A DNA stretch of 64,000 nucleotides, from NCBI GenBank assembly GCA_031361295.1, contig JANMCN010000240.1, positions 4,505 through 68,504 on the forward strand, written 5' to 3'. Source of the stretch: Acidobacteriota bacterium. Lineage in GTDB: Bacteria; Acidobacteriota; Vicinamibacteria; Vicinamibacterales; 2-12-FULL-66-21. The notes beneath the pieces were generated by a model. The model was given only the letters and a program-made list of their open reading frames with translations. It was not told the origin of the DNA and made no database searches. This document shows, one piece after another, positions 9,504 through 17,811 of this stretch. Made by a program: the position numbers and the translations under genes. Every line of letters begins with the position of its first letter. Position 1 is the stretch's first letter.

Positions 9504-10875
9504 CAAGCCCCGCATCACGATCGTGGACGACGACCTGGTGACGTGCGAGTTGCTGTCCGAAGTGTTCTGCGGGGAAGGGTTCGTCACCGAGTCCGCCCTC
9601 ACCGCCGAGGCGGCACTCGCCCTGATAGCCGCCACGCCGCCAGACGTGGTCGTGAGCGACATCAGGATGAAGTCACGCGTCGACGGCCTTGGGTTGCTCG
9701 ATCGCCTTCGGCGCGAGTACCCGTCACTCCCCGTGGTGCTCATCACCGCCTTCGGGTCGATCGACACGGCGATCCGGGCGGTGAAGAACGGCGCATTTGA
9801 CTACCTGAGCAAGCCTTTCGAGATCGAGACCCTGGTGTCGACCGTCCGCCGCGCGATCGCGACGACGGCCGCCCCCTCGCCGCCGGACGACGAGGCGGTC
9901 GACGACGAAGGCCCCGGCGTGGGGACGCGGCACCTGGTGGGCCGTACCCCGGCGATGCTGGCCGTGTACAAGATGGTGGCCCGGGTGGCCGACGCCGACG
10001 CGCCGGTGCTGATCAGCGGGGAATCGGGGACCGGCAAGGAACTGGTCGCGCGAGCCATTCACGCCAACGGCGCGCGGGAGCCCCATCCCTTCGTCGCCGT
10101 GAACTGCGGCGCGCTGACCGAGACGCTGCTCGACTCCGAGTTGTTCGGCCACATCCGCGGGTCGTTCACCGGCGCCACGACGAACCGGCGCGGGCTGTTC
10201 GAAGAGGCCGGGGCGGGGACCATCTTCCTCGATGAAATCGCCGAGACGAGCCCTGCCCTCCAGGTCAAGCTGCTGCGCGTGCTCCAGGAACGCGAGGTCG
10301 TTCCGGTCGGCGGCAGCTCGCCCGTCGTGGTGCGCGCGCGCGTGATCGCCGCCAGCAACACGGATCTGGACCGCCTGTCGCGGGCCGGAGGGTTCCGCCG
10401 CGACCTGCTGTACCGGTTGAACGTCGTGAACATCCACCTGCCGGCGTTGCGGGAGCGAGCCGAAGATGTGCCGCTTCTCGCCGCGCACTTCCTCCGGAAG
10501 TACGCCGCTGACCGTTCCGTCCCCATCGCGCTCAGCGAGCCCGCGAAGCGCGTTCTGGAACAATATGCATGGCCCGGCAACGTCCGCGAGCTGGAGAACG
10601 CCATCGAGCGCTCGGTGACGCTTGGACAGGGGTGCGTCATCACGGTTGACGACCTGCCGCCCGCCGTCCGGCAGACAGCAGCCGATACCCGCGTGGACTC
10701 GGGTGATCCGACGGCGGTGTTCGCAGGGCTGCCGACTATTGACGAGATGGAACGCCGGTACGTGCTGCACGTGCTCGAGGCTGCGGGCGGCAATCGCACC
10801 CACGCGTCCGAGATTCTTGGGATAAACCGCCGCACGCTGTACCGCATGGCGGCCCGGCTTCGCCTTGAGATCTGA
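9493..10875 (+). CDS. Sigma-54-dependent (NtrC-family) response regulator / bacterial enhancer-binding protein
   Basis: REC domain, then an AAA+ sigma54-interaction domain (GESGTGKELVARAIH, GSFTGA loop, FLDEI, RRDLLYRLNV) and a Fis-type HTH (NRTHASEILGINRRTLYRM). Confidence 0.9.
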   Translation: MPRDKPRITIVDDDLVTCELLSEVFCGEGFVTESALTAEAALALIAATPPDVVVSDIRMKSRVDGLGLLDRLRREYPSLPVVLITAFGSIDTAIRAVKNGAFDYLSKPFEIETLVSTVRRAIATTAAPSPPDDEAVDDEGPGVGTRHLVGRTPAMLAVYKMVARVADADAPVLISGESGTGKELVARAIHANGAREPHPFVAVNCGALTETLLDSELFGHIRGSFTGATTNRRGLFEEAGAGTIFLDEIAETSPALQVKLLRVLQEREVVPVGGSSPVVVRARVIAASNTDLDRLSRAGGFRRDLLYRLNVVNIHLPALRERAEDVPLLAAHFLRKYAADRSVPIALSEPAKRVLEQYAWPGNVRELENAIERSVTLGQGCVITVDDLPPAVRQTAADTRVDSGDPTAVFAGLPTIDEMERRYVLHVLEAAGGNRTHASEILGINRRTLYRMAARLRLEI

Positions 10876-10966
10876 CCGAGGCATAAAGCCACTCGACCGC
10901 ACCGTCAACCGGGACATTAAGCCACACCCGCCCCTGCCCGCGGCTCTGCAGCCCGGCGGGAGTCGT

Positions 10967-10982
10967 CGGCACAGTCGTTGCT
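10967..10982 (+). promoter_or_regulatory. Candidate sigma-54 (-24/-12) promoter
   Basis: cGGCACagtcgTTGCt: GGCAC at 10968-10972 and TTGC at 10978-10981, with the canonical 5-nt spacing of TGGCAC-N5-TTGC. It sits 34 nt upstream of the first operon gene and directly downstream of an NtrC-type activator gene. Confidence 0.6.
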
Positions 10983-11015
10983 GCCACTTAGGAGCCTCAT
11001 GAGCGTGCACTCGTC

Positions 11016-11432
11016 GTGAATCTTCCGGACAGCATCCTGATCGATCTTGCGGCGGGTACGGCTGAGGGGGCTTTGCACGTCGATCCGGGCGCGGAGTACC
11101 TGCAGGATCATTTTCCCGGCGCGCCCATGCTGCCAGGGCTCCTGATGCTTGAGGTCGGCGTCCGGGTGGCGGCCGCGTTGTGGTCCGCCACGCAGCCGCC
11201 AGTTGGCGGCGCCGTGCTCGAGCACCTCGAGCGGCTTCAGGTTGTCCGGCGCGTCCTGCCTGGAGAGACTCTCCGGGTCGTCGCCGCGCGTGCGGGCGAC
11301 GGGGAGGCTGAGCCGGCCCGGGCCTGGTTCGCCGTGCGGGGAACCGTCGGAGCGGAGATGGCGGTCCGGGCGAAGTTCCGTCTCCGCGCCATCGACGCAG
11401 GCCACCGTCAGTGGGAGGGGCAGCATGCATGA
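11016..11432 (+). CDS. FabZ/FabA-like hotdog-fold (3R)-hydroxyacyl-ACP dehydratase
   Basis: Motif DHFPGAPMLPGLLMLEVG, i.e. the catalytic-His HFPG...P-G-LxxE signature of FabZ-type dehydratases. GTG start. Confidence 0.7.
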   Translation: MNLPDSILIDLAAGTAEGALHVDPGAEYLQDHFPGAPMLPGLLMLEVGVRVAAALWSATQPPVGGAVLEHLERLQVVRRVLPGETLRVVAARAGDGEAEPARAWFAVRGTVGAEMAVRAKFRLRAIDAGHRQWEGQHA

Positions 11433-11844
11433 GAGCGTTTTGAGCCGCGACGAGATCAGCGGACGCGTCGTCGAGGCGCTCGTGCAGGCGCTCGGCGCGA
11501 GCCGGTCGGACGTGACACCCGGGGCGTCCCTGGCAGGGGACCTCGAGGCTGAGTCGATTGACTTTCTCGATATCGTTTTCCGGCTCGAGAAGGAATTCGG
11601 GATCGAGATCGCGCGCGGTGAGCTCTTCCCGCAGGAGCTTCTGCGCGACGCGGCACTGGTCGCGAACGGCCGGTTGACCGAGGCGGGGGTGGAGGAGCTG
11701 CGAAGACGATTCGCCTTCACGGACGTCTCCGCGCTGACGCCAGGGGCAAGCGTCGACGACCTCATGAACGACCTGCTGACCGTGGGTCTCGTCATCGACT
11801 ACGTCGAGAGCAAACTGCAGCCCGGCGGCGGGGACAGGCCCTGA
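11425..11844 (+). CDS. Acyl carrier protein with a large internal insertion
   Basis: Phosphopantetheine-attachment-like motif GDLEAESIDFLDIVFRLEKEFGIEI and a C-terminal helix-IV-like LLTVGLVIDYVESKL. The product is about 139 aa, against about 80 aa for a typical ACP. Confidence 0.75.
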   Translation: MHESVLSRDEISGRVVEALVQALGASRSDVTPGASLAGDLEAESIDFLDIVFRLEKEFGIEIARGELFPQELLRDAALVANGRLTEAGVEELRRRFAFTDVSALTPGASVDDLMNDLLTVGLVIDYVESKLQPGGGDRP

Positions 11845-11848
11845 GCCC

Positions 11849-12544
11849 GTGTCCGTGGCGCCGATGAGCGACGAAGACGAATCGGTTCGCGCGGTGCTGG
11901 AGGCGGCGGCCCCGTTCTTTGCCGTGCTGGCCGGGCGCCGCAGCGTTCGTCAGTTCACTGCCCAACTGCCCCCTCGCGAGCTCGTCGTGCGCGCCATCGA
12001 GGCGGCGACCCATGCGCCGTCGGGCATGAACAAACAGCCCTGGCGGTTCGTGGTGGTCTCCGACGAGGCCGTGAAGGCAGAGATGGTCACCCGCGTGAGC
12101 CGCGAGATCGAGACCATCCTGGCGCTTCTGGCCGGCGACGAGTACGCCGACAAGGTCGGGGAGTATCTCCGCAACTACGCGACCCTCTTCCGGACCGCGC
12201 CGGTGGTGATCAACGTGCTGTACCGGGAGTACGGGCAGGTCATCGCGAGCCTCCTCGGTCGATCGAACCTGCACTATCCCGACAACCAGGAGGAGGCGGC
12301 GAATCCGGCGATGCAGAGTGTATCGGCCGCCATCCAGAACCTGCAGCTCGCGGCGCACGCGGTCGGACTGGCAACGTGCTGGATGACAGCGCCGCTGTTC
12401 GCCCGGGAGCAATTGCACGACCTGCTCCAGGTCGAGTCGCCCTGGCAGCTCGCCGCGGTCATCCCCATCGGCTACGCGGCCTCGGAAAATACGAACGGGC
12501 CGAGGCGGCTGCGTCTGGACCGCGTCATCCGGTGGATCGAATGA
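11849..12544 (+). CDS. Nitroreductase-family FMN-dependent oxidoreductase
   Basis: RRSVRQFT..., HAPSGMNKQPWRFVVV and LAAHAVGLATCWM are typical nitroreductase-fold signatures. Confidence 0.8.
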   Translation: MSVAPMSDEDESVRAVLEAAAPFFAVLAGRRSVRQFTAQLPPRELVVRAIEAATHAPSGMNKQPWRFVVVSDEAVKAEMVTRVSREIETILALLAGDEYADKVGEYLRNYATLFRTAPVVINVLYREYGQVIASLLGRSNLHYPDNQEEAANPAMQSVSAAIQNLQLAAHAVGLATCWMTAPLFAREQLHDLLQVESPWQLAAVIPIGYAASENTNGPRRLRLDRVIRWIE

Positions 12545-12933
12545 TCCTCGGCACCGGCATCGACGTCGCCACGATCATCCGTGTCGAGCGTTTCCTTGAG
12601 GCGCATCGGGCTGAGCTCTCTCGGATTTTCACCGCGCGGGAACGCGCGGTGTGCGATCGGGCGCCGGCGGGGCGCCGCGCGGCCCGATACGCCGGTGCCT
12701 TCGCGGGCAAGGAAGCCGTCATGAAGGCGCTGGGTACGGGCTGGCGTTCCGACGTCACCTGGTGCGACATCGACACGCAGCCCGATGATGGGTGCGGCGA
12801 AGCGGTGCTGCTCGCCGGGGCGCTGCACGCCGCCAGGACGCAGGGCATCTCGAGGGTTCTCGTCAGTGTGTCATTGACGCGCGAAGCCGCCGTCGCGACC
12901 GCGGTCGCCGAGGGGGACGGCTGCCATGGTTAA
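12541..12933 (+). CDS. acpS: Holo-ACP synthase (AcpS-type 4'-phosphopantetheinyl transferase)
   Basis: MILGTGIDVATIIRVE..., FTARE..., FAGKEAVMKALGTG and ISVSLT-type C-terminus (VLVSVSLTRE). ATGA overlap with the upstream stop. Confidence 0.8.
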   Translation: MILGTGIDVATIIRVERFLEAHRAELSRIFTARERAVCDRAPAGRRAARYAGAFAGKEAVMKALGTGWRSDVTWCDIDTQPDDGCGEAVLLAGALHAARTQGISRVLVSVSLTREAAVATAVAEGDGCHG

Positions 12934-13627
12934 ACCGGCATTCGTGGCGTTTGCGGTGATCTCGGCCGCGACAGGCCTCCCGGGGCTGCACCGAGCGCCC
13001 GAGTCGGGCGACTGGCGCGCCGTGAGCGCCAGCTACGCGGCCGTGCGCGACTATACGGCCCTGTACGAAAAGGAGGAGCAGGCGATCTCCGGCGGCGAGC
13101 CGCAGCGCATGCACCTTTCCTTCAGAAGGCCGCTCGACGTGCGGCTCGAGTGGGTGGACGACAGCGGCAAGGCGAGCCAGATTGCCGTCTATCGTGAAGG
13201 CCACAACGGGGGCAGGCTTCTCGCACGCCGTAGCGGGGTGTTCGGGTCCCTGGTCGGGACGGTCAGCCTCGATCCGCACGACCGCCGCGCGCTCGCCGAT
13301 TCGCGTCACCCGATCACGGACGTCGGCATCGGGCACATCATCGAGAGCGCCTCACGGGCGCTGGCCGCGAACGGCGGGATCGGCCGGCCCGTCGTCGAAG
13401 ACACGCTCGATCGTCAGCCGGCGTACAGGTTCGAGTTCGTGGCCCCGCCACCCGGACTGCTCTTCGGCATACCGGGGGCTCGACGTGCCCTCGTCTGGGT
13501 CGACCGGGCGTTGATGCTGCCCGTCAGCGTGGAGATTGTCGACGAACGCGGGGCGATGCTCGAGCGGCATCGTTTTCGCGACGTCCATCTCAACAACGGA
13601 CTCACCGACAGCGTGTTTTCACTGTGA
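12926..13627 (+). CDS. Secreted DUF1571 / LolA-like (lipid-carrier fold) protein
   Basis: N-terminal signal-like segment. Pattern YTALYEKEE...G...MHLSFRRPLDVRLEW...AVYREGHNGGRLL...VSLDPHDRRALADSRHPIT recalls DUF1571. The family call comes from memory of the motif pattern only. Confidence 0.55.
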   Translation: MVKPAFVAFAVISAATGLPGLHRAPESGDWRAVSASYAAVRDYTALYEKEEQAISGGEPQRMHLSFRRPLDVRLEWVDDSGKASQIAVYREGHNGGRLLARRSGVFGSLVGTVSLDPHDRRALADSRHPITDVGIGHIIESASRALAANGGIGRPVVEDTLDRQPAYRFEFVAPPPGLLFGIPGARRALVWVDRALMLPVSVEIVDERGAMLERHRFRDVHLNNGLTDSVFSL

Positions 13628-14925
13628 AGACGATGTTCAACCGGCGGGTGGTGGTGACAGGCCTGGGCGTCGTGACACCTGTCGGCGGTGACACGGCGAC
13701 GTTCTGGGCGGCTCTGGTCGCCGGCCGATCCGGAGCGGGCCCCGTCATGGCGTACGCGACTCCGGAGCCTGCGTTGTCGTATGCGGCGGAGGTCAAGGAC
13801 TTCACGCCCGAGCGCGCCGGCCTGCCCCGCAAGCGAGTCAAGATGATGGGACGCCAGGCGCAGCTCGCGTTCGCGGCTGCCGCCCAGGCATGGCAGGACG
13901 CGGGTCTCGCCGGCGCCGGCGTGCCGCCCGGCCGCGTGGGGTTGATCCTAGGCGTCGGCATGCTCAACGCGGACGTGACGGAGCTCGGCCGCGCGTTCGA
14001 TGCCATGACGCGGGCGGGCGCCAGCGGGGAATCCGATCCGGTGTCGTTCGGACGCGTGGGCGCGCCGGAGCTCTTTCCGTTATGGCTGCTGCGCCACATT
14101 CCGAATCTCGCGGCGGCGCACGCCTCGATCGCGCTCGACGCACAGGGACCGTCCAATACGATTGCGACCGGCTGCGTCGCGGGGGCCAACGCGATCGGCG
14201 AAGCGGCGCGCCTTGTCGCGCGCGGCGACGCCGACGTGGTGCTCGCGGGCGGGACGGACGCGCGGGTGACGCCGCTCGGCACCCTGCGCTACCGGGAGCT
14301 CGGATGGCTTGCCACACGCACCGGCGTGGATCCGGTCACGGTCAGCGCACCGTTCGACGAGCACGCGTGCGGATTCGTGAGCGGCGAGGGAGCGGGCATC
14401 CTCGTGCTCGAGTCGCTGGACCACGCGCAGTCGCGTGGCGCGCGCATCGACGCGGAGCTTCTGGCGTACGCCGCCGCCAATGATGGAGGGGATCCGCTGG
14501 TGCCCAATCCGGAAGGCACTGCGCTCGAGCACGCGATTGCCCGGTGTCTCGTCCGTGCGGAACTGACGGCGGAGGCGGTCGATGCGGTGTTCGCCCCGGC
14601 CCCATCGGTGCCGACGCTCGACCGCGCCACAGCGGCCGCGCTCAGCCGCGTGTTCGGGCGCAGCGGATCCCGCGCCGGCATTACCGCCACCCGTTCGCTG
14701 CTCGGACACACACATGCGGCATCCTCGGCGCTCGATTGCGTGGCCGCCGTCCGATCACTTGGGGATGGTCGGATCCCGGCTATCGCGAACCTTCACCGGC
14801 CGGTCGCCGATCTCCCGTTCGTGCGCGGCGGCGCCCGCGCCGCGGCGGTCCGGAGCGCGGTCGTCGGGGCCTATGGGTTCGGGGGCCACGCAGCCACGCT
14901 GGTCTTCGGCGGGTGCGGCCAATGA
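13624..14925 (+). CDS. Beta-ketoacyl-ACP synthase-like protein, degenerate triad (partner / chain-length-factor-like subunit)
   Basis: KS fold (VVVTGLGVVTPVG, active-site Cys in NTIATGCVAGANAIGEA, GFGGHAATLVF). When aligned to the neighbouring KS, the first catalytic His is Pro (AVFAPAPSVPTLDRA vs YVNAHGTSTIENDRA) and the Lys before the second His is Arg (TATRSLLGH vs SSTKSMTGH). Confidence 0.8.
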   Translation: MKTMFNRRVVVTGLGVVTPVGGDTATFWAALVAGRSGAGPVMAYATPEPALSYAAEVKDFTPERAGLPRKRVKMMGRQAQLAFAAAAQAWQDAGLAGAGVPPGRVGLILGVGMLNADVTELGRAFDAMTRAGASGESDPVSFGRVGAPELFPLWLLRHIPNLAAAHASIALDAQGPSNTIATGCVAGANAIGEAARLVARGDADVVLAGGTDARVTPLGTLRYRELGWLATRTGVDPVTVSAPFDEHACGFVSGEGAGILVLESLDHAQSRGARIDAELLAYAAANDGGDPLVPNPEGTALEHAIARCLVRAELTAEAVDAVFAPAPSVPTLDRATAAALSRVFGRSGSRAGITATRSLLGHTHAASSALDCVAAVRSLGDGRIPAIANLHRPVADLPFVRGGARAAAVRSAVVGAYGFGGHAATLVFGGCGQ

Positions 14926-16226
14926 GGCGCCGGGTCGTGGTCACCGGCCTGGGCGTCGTGTCTCCCGTCGGCACGGGCCTGGAGCGTTTCTGGGACAGCC
15001 TGGTCAACGGACGGTCTGGTGTCGCACGGATTACCCGGTTCGACCCGTCGGGGCTGGCGGTCGCCATCGCCGCGGAGGTTCGCGGGTTCCGTCTGCGGGA
15101 CTACTCGGACGCGAATGAGGAGTACGTCTCCGCCGACGGCATCAGGGTGCCCCTCGACGCGCGGACGGGCTACGCGCTCGCGGCGGCGGACATGAGCATT
15201 CGCAGCGCGGGGCTGGGCGGATCCGCCGCCTGGACGGATGCTTCTATGTACCTCGGTGTCGGCGAAGGCGACAACGACCTGGCGCTGCTCTCAGAGATGC
15301 TCACACCGTGCGCCACACGGGACGGATGCGATACGGCGAAGCTCCTCTCCCGGCCCGCGCGGGCCTTCGCGGTGCGGGACCAGCTGATGGAGCCCACCAT
15401 CCCCGCCTCCCTGATCGCCGCGCGGTACGGAATCAGAGGCGAAGTCACGACCTGCCTCACGGCCTGCGCGGCGAGTGCCCAGGCGATCGGCGAAGCGGCC
15501 CGGCGGATCCAGACCGGCGAATGCGACCTGGCACTCACGGGGGGCGCCCACGCGATGACCGCCCCGCTCGACGTCATCGGGTTTGCGATGCTCTCGGCCC
15601 TGTCGTCGCGCAATGACGCGCCCGCGCGTGCCTCCCGGCCGTTCGATCGCCACCGCGACGGGTTCGTGCTCGGCGAGGGCGCGGGGATGCTGGTGCTCGA
15701 GGATGCGGATCACGCGCGGCGGCGCGGTGCGCACGTGTTCGGCGAGATCGCGGGCTACGGGTCCGCGAACGACGCCTATCGCGTGACCGACATGCATCCC
15801 GACGCCCGCGGGGCCACCGGCGCCATCGCCGCCGCCCTCCACGATGCGGGAGTCGCGCCGTCCGAGATCGGGTACGTCAACGCACACGGCACGTCGACCA
15901 TCGAGAACGACCGTGCGGAAACGCTCGCGCTCCATCGCGCACTGGGTGACGCGGCGCGCACCATTCCCGTCAGCTCGACGAAGTCCATGACCGGCCACGC
16001 GGTCGCTGCCGCGGGCGCCATCGAGATCATCGCGACCATTCTCGCGCTGCGCGATCAGCTGCTGCCGCCCACCATCAATCTCGAGACGCCGGACCCGGAC
16101 TGCGATCTCGACTACGTGCCGAACCGCGCCCGCGCCCACGTGTTCGACACCGCGCTGTCGAATTCGTTCGGCTTCGGCGGTCAGAATGTCGCACTGGTCG
16201 TCCGCCGCGAGGCGCGGACGTCATGA
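14922..16226 (+). CDS. Beta-ketoacyl-ACP synthase (FabF/KAS II-like), canonical Cys-His-His
   Basis: VVVTGLGVVSPVG, TTCLTACAASAQAIGEA, YVNAHGTSTIENDRAE, STKSMTGHAVAAAG, FGFGGQNVALVV. ATGA overlap with the upstream KS-like gene. Confidence 0.85.
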   Translation: MRRRVVVTGLGVVSPVGTGLERFWDSLVNGRSGVARITRFDPSGLAVAIAAEVRGFRLRDYSDANEEYVSADGIRVPLDARTGYALAAADMSIRSAGLGGSAAWTDASMYLGVGEGDNDLALLSEMLTPCATRDGCDTAKLLSRPARAFAVRDQLMEPTIPASLIAARYGIRGEVTTCLTACAASAQAIGEAARRIQTGECDLALTGGAHAMTAPLDVIGFAMLSALSSRNDAPARASRPFDRHRDGFVLGEGAGMLVLEDADHARRRGAHVFGEIAGYGSANDAYRVTDMHPDARGATGAIAAALHDAGVAPSEIGYVNAHGTSTIENDRAETLALHRALGDAARTIPVSSTKSMTGHAVAAAGAIEIIATILALRDQLLPPTINLETPDPDCDLDYVPNRARAHVFDTALSNSFGFGGQNVALVVRREARTS

Positions 16227-17308
16227 CGCCGCGACGCATCCTGCTGACCGGCACGGGGACGGTCGGACGCGACCTCCTCCTGGCGATGCTGCGGCGGTCG
16301 GACGACCGCGTGGCCGTCTTGATGCGCGATCGGGGAAGAAAGCCGGCGGCGGTACGCGCTCGTGCGTTGTTCGATCAGCTCGGGCTCACCGAAGAGGAGC
16401 GCGCGCGGGTGGAGGTCGTCCGGGGCGACATTCGCGCGGAGGGCTTCGAGCTCGACGCGCCGACGCAGGTCCGTCTGCAGGATGCGACCGATGTGATCGT
16501 GCACACGGCGGCGGTGACGTCGTTGACGGCGGACCGACAGTTGTGCGACGTGGTCAACCGTGACGGCACGGCCAATGCGCTGATTTTCGCCGAGCGCTGT
16601 TACCGTGTCGGGCGCCTCCAGCGCTTCATGCATCTGAGCACGGCGCTCGTCGCGGGCGCCGACTCGAGCCGGCGGGTCCAGGAGGACGCGCTGCCCGAGG
16701 CGCCGATGCACGCCAACCACTACGAATCGAGCAAGCACGCAGCCGAGCGCATCGTTCGCACGGCCATGCACGCGGGTTTGCCGGCGACGATTTTCAGGCC
16801 GAGCATGGTGGTCGGGGATTCCCTGACCGGCCGGACGCGCGACTTCAACGTCATCTACCCGCTCCTGCGGCTGCTCGCGAACGGATATCTCCCACGCTTC
16901 CCCGCTCGTCCGAACGCCCGCGTGCACCTCGCACCCCTGGACTTTGTCGTGGACGCGATTCTGCGGGCGATGGATGAGCCGTGGACCATCGGCCTGACGT
17001 TTCATCTCACCGCCCCGGAGCCGCCGACGGTGAGCGAGCTGTTCGCCTGCCGGACGTTTTTCCCCCCGGGCGCGGGACGGCCGCAGCTCTGCGACCCGGA
17101 CACCTTCGATCCGTCCGGACTCACGGCGCGCGAGCGGGAGCTGCTCGAGTCCGTGTCGTTCTGCCTGCCGTATTTCAAGTCGCGGCTCACGTTCGACACG
17201 AGCAATACCGCCAGGCTGGTGCCGCTGCCCGTGACCGACGCCGCGTTCCTCGAGCGGCTGGGCCGCTATGCGATCGAGAGCGGCTACCTGCGGACCAGCG
17301 CCGGCTGA
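16223..17308 (+). CDS. Stand-alone thioester (acyl-ACP/CoA) reductase, NAD_binding_4 / TIGR01746-like SDR
   Basis: ILLTGTGTVGRDLL, RVEVVRGDI, VIVHTAAVT, FMHLSTALV, YESSKHAAE (YxxxK), ATIFRPSMVVGDSLTGR, LAPLDFVVDAI. This pattern matches terminal reductase (R) domains. Confidence 0.75.
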   Translation: MTPRRILLTGTGTVGRDLLLAMLRRSDDRVAVLMRDRGRKPAAVRARALFDQLGLTEEERARVEVVRGDIRAEGFELDAPTQVRLQDATDVIVHTAAVTSLTADRQLCDVVNRDGTANALIFAERCYRVGRLQRFMHLSTALVAGADSSRRVQEDALPEAPMHANHYESSKHAAERIVRTAMHAGLPATIFRPSMVVGDSLTGRTRDFNVIYPLLRLLANGYLPRFPARPNARVHLAPLDFVVDAILRAMDEPWTIGLTFHLTAPEPPTVSELFACRTFFPPGAGRPQLCDPDTFDPSGLTARERELLESVSFCLPYFKSRLTFDTSNTARLVPLPVTDAAFLERLGRYAIESGYLRTSAG

Positions 17309-17322
17309 GGATCCATTCCGCC

Positions 17323-17811
17323 ATGCGTTATGTCCTCGTTGACCGTATCACCAGCCTGACGCCCGGCCGGACGCTGCGCGCGATCAAGAACGTCAGCGCG
17401 GGGGACGGGATGGTGACCCGCTACGCACCGGGGATGTGGATGTTGCCCGCCTCGATGGTGCTCGAGGCGATGGCTCAGGCCGCCGGGCTCCTGGTGATCG
17501 CGACGACCGGGGGGGCGGCACTGCCGGTTCTGGCCAAAGTCCGGCCGTTCACGGTGTTCGCGGATGCGGTGCCTGGTGATCAGGTCTGTCTCGAGGCCCA
17601 GCTCGAGGAACTGGGGCATGGCGGGTGCCGGGCCGGGGTCACAGCCGCGGTGGACGGTCGCCCGCTCGCCGCGGCGACGCTGTATCTCGCGCTGGTTCCG
17701 CTCGACGGCCCGGAGTCCGCCGCCGCGCGGTCCGCACCGCTGCGGGCTGCACTGGGGGACGCGTTCCCCGACTGGTTCGGGGCGCGCGGCATTGAGGAGG
17801 GGAGGCAATGA
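17323..17811 (+). CDS. Hotdog-fold FabA/FabZ-like protein lacking the catalytic His motif
   Basis: MRYVLVDRITSL...LRAIKNVS...MLPASMVLEAMAQAAGLL resembles the FabZ/FabA core, but the HFPG position reads RYAPGMW. Confidence 0.6.
   Translation: MRYVLVDRITSLTPGRTLRAIKNVSAGDGMVTRYAPGMWMLPASMVLEAMAQAAGLLVIATTGGAALPVLAKVRPFTVFADAVPGDQVCLEAQLEELGHGGCRAGVTAAVDGRPLAAATLYLALVPLDGPESAAARSAPLRAALGDAFPDWFGARGIEEGRQ

Noticed and set aside
10999-11019. 6-codon mini-ORF (MSVHSS) behind AGGAG, as a real leader peptide gene
   Set aside because: It is too short to support from sequence alone. It is mentioned only as a possible coupling feature with the GTG at 11016.
9724-11430. 568-aa ORF on the minus strand
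   Set aside because: It is antisense to the NtrC-type regulator, the sigma-54 promoter gap and the first operon genes. Its composition is Arg/Pro/Gly/Ala-rich and low in complexity, with no motifs. This is a typical high-GC shadow ORF.
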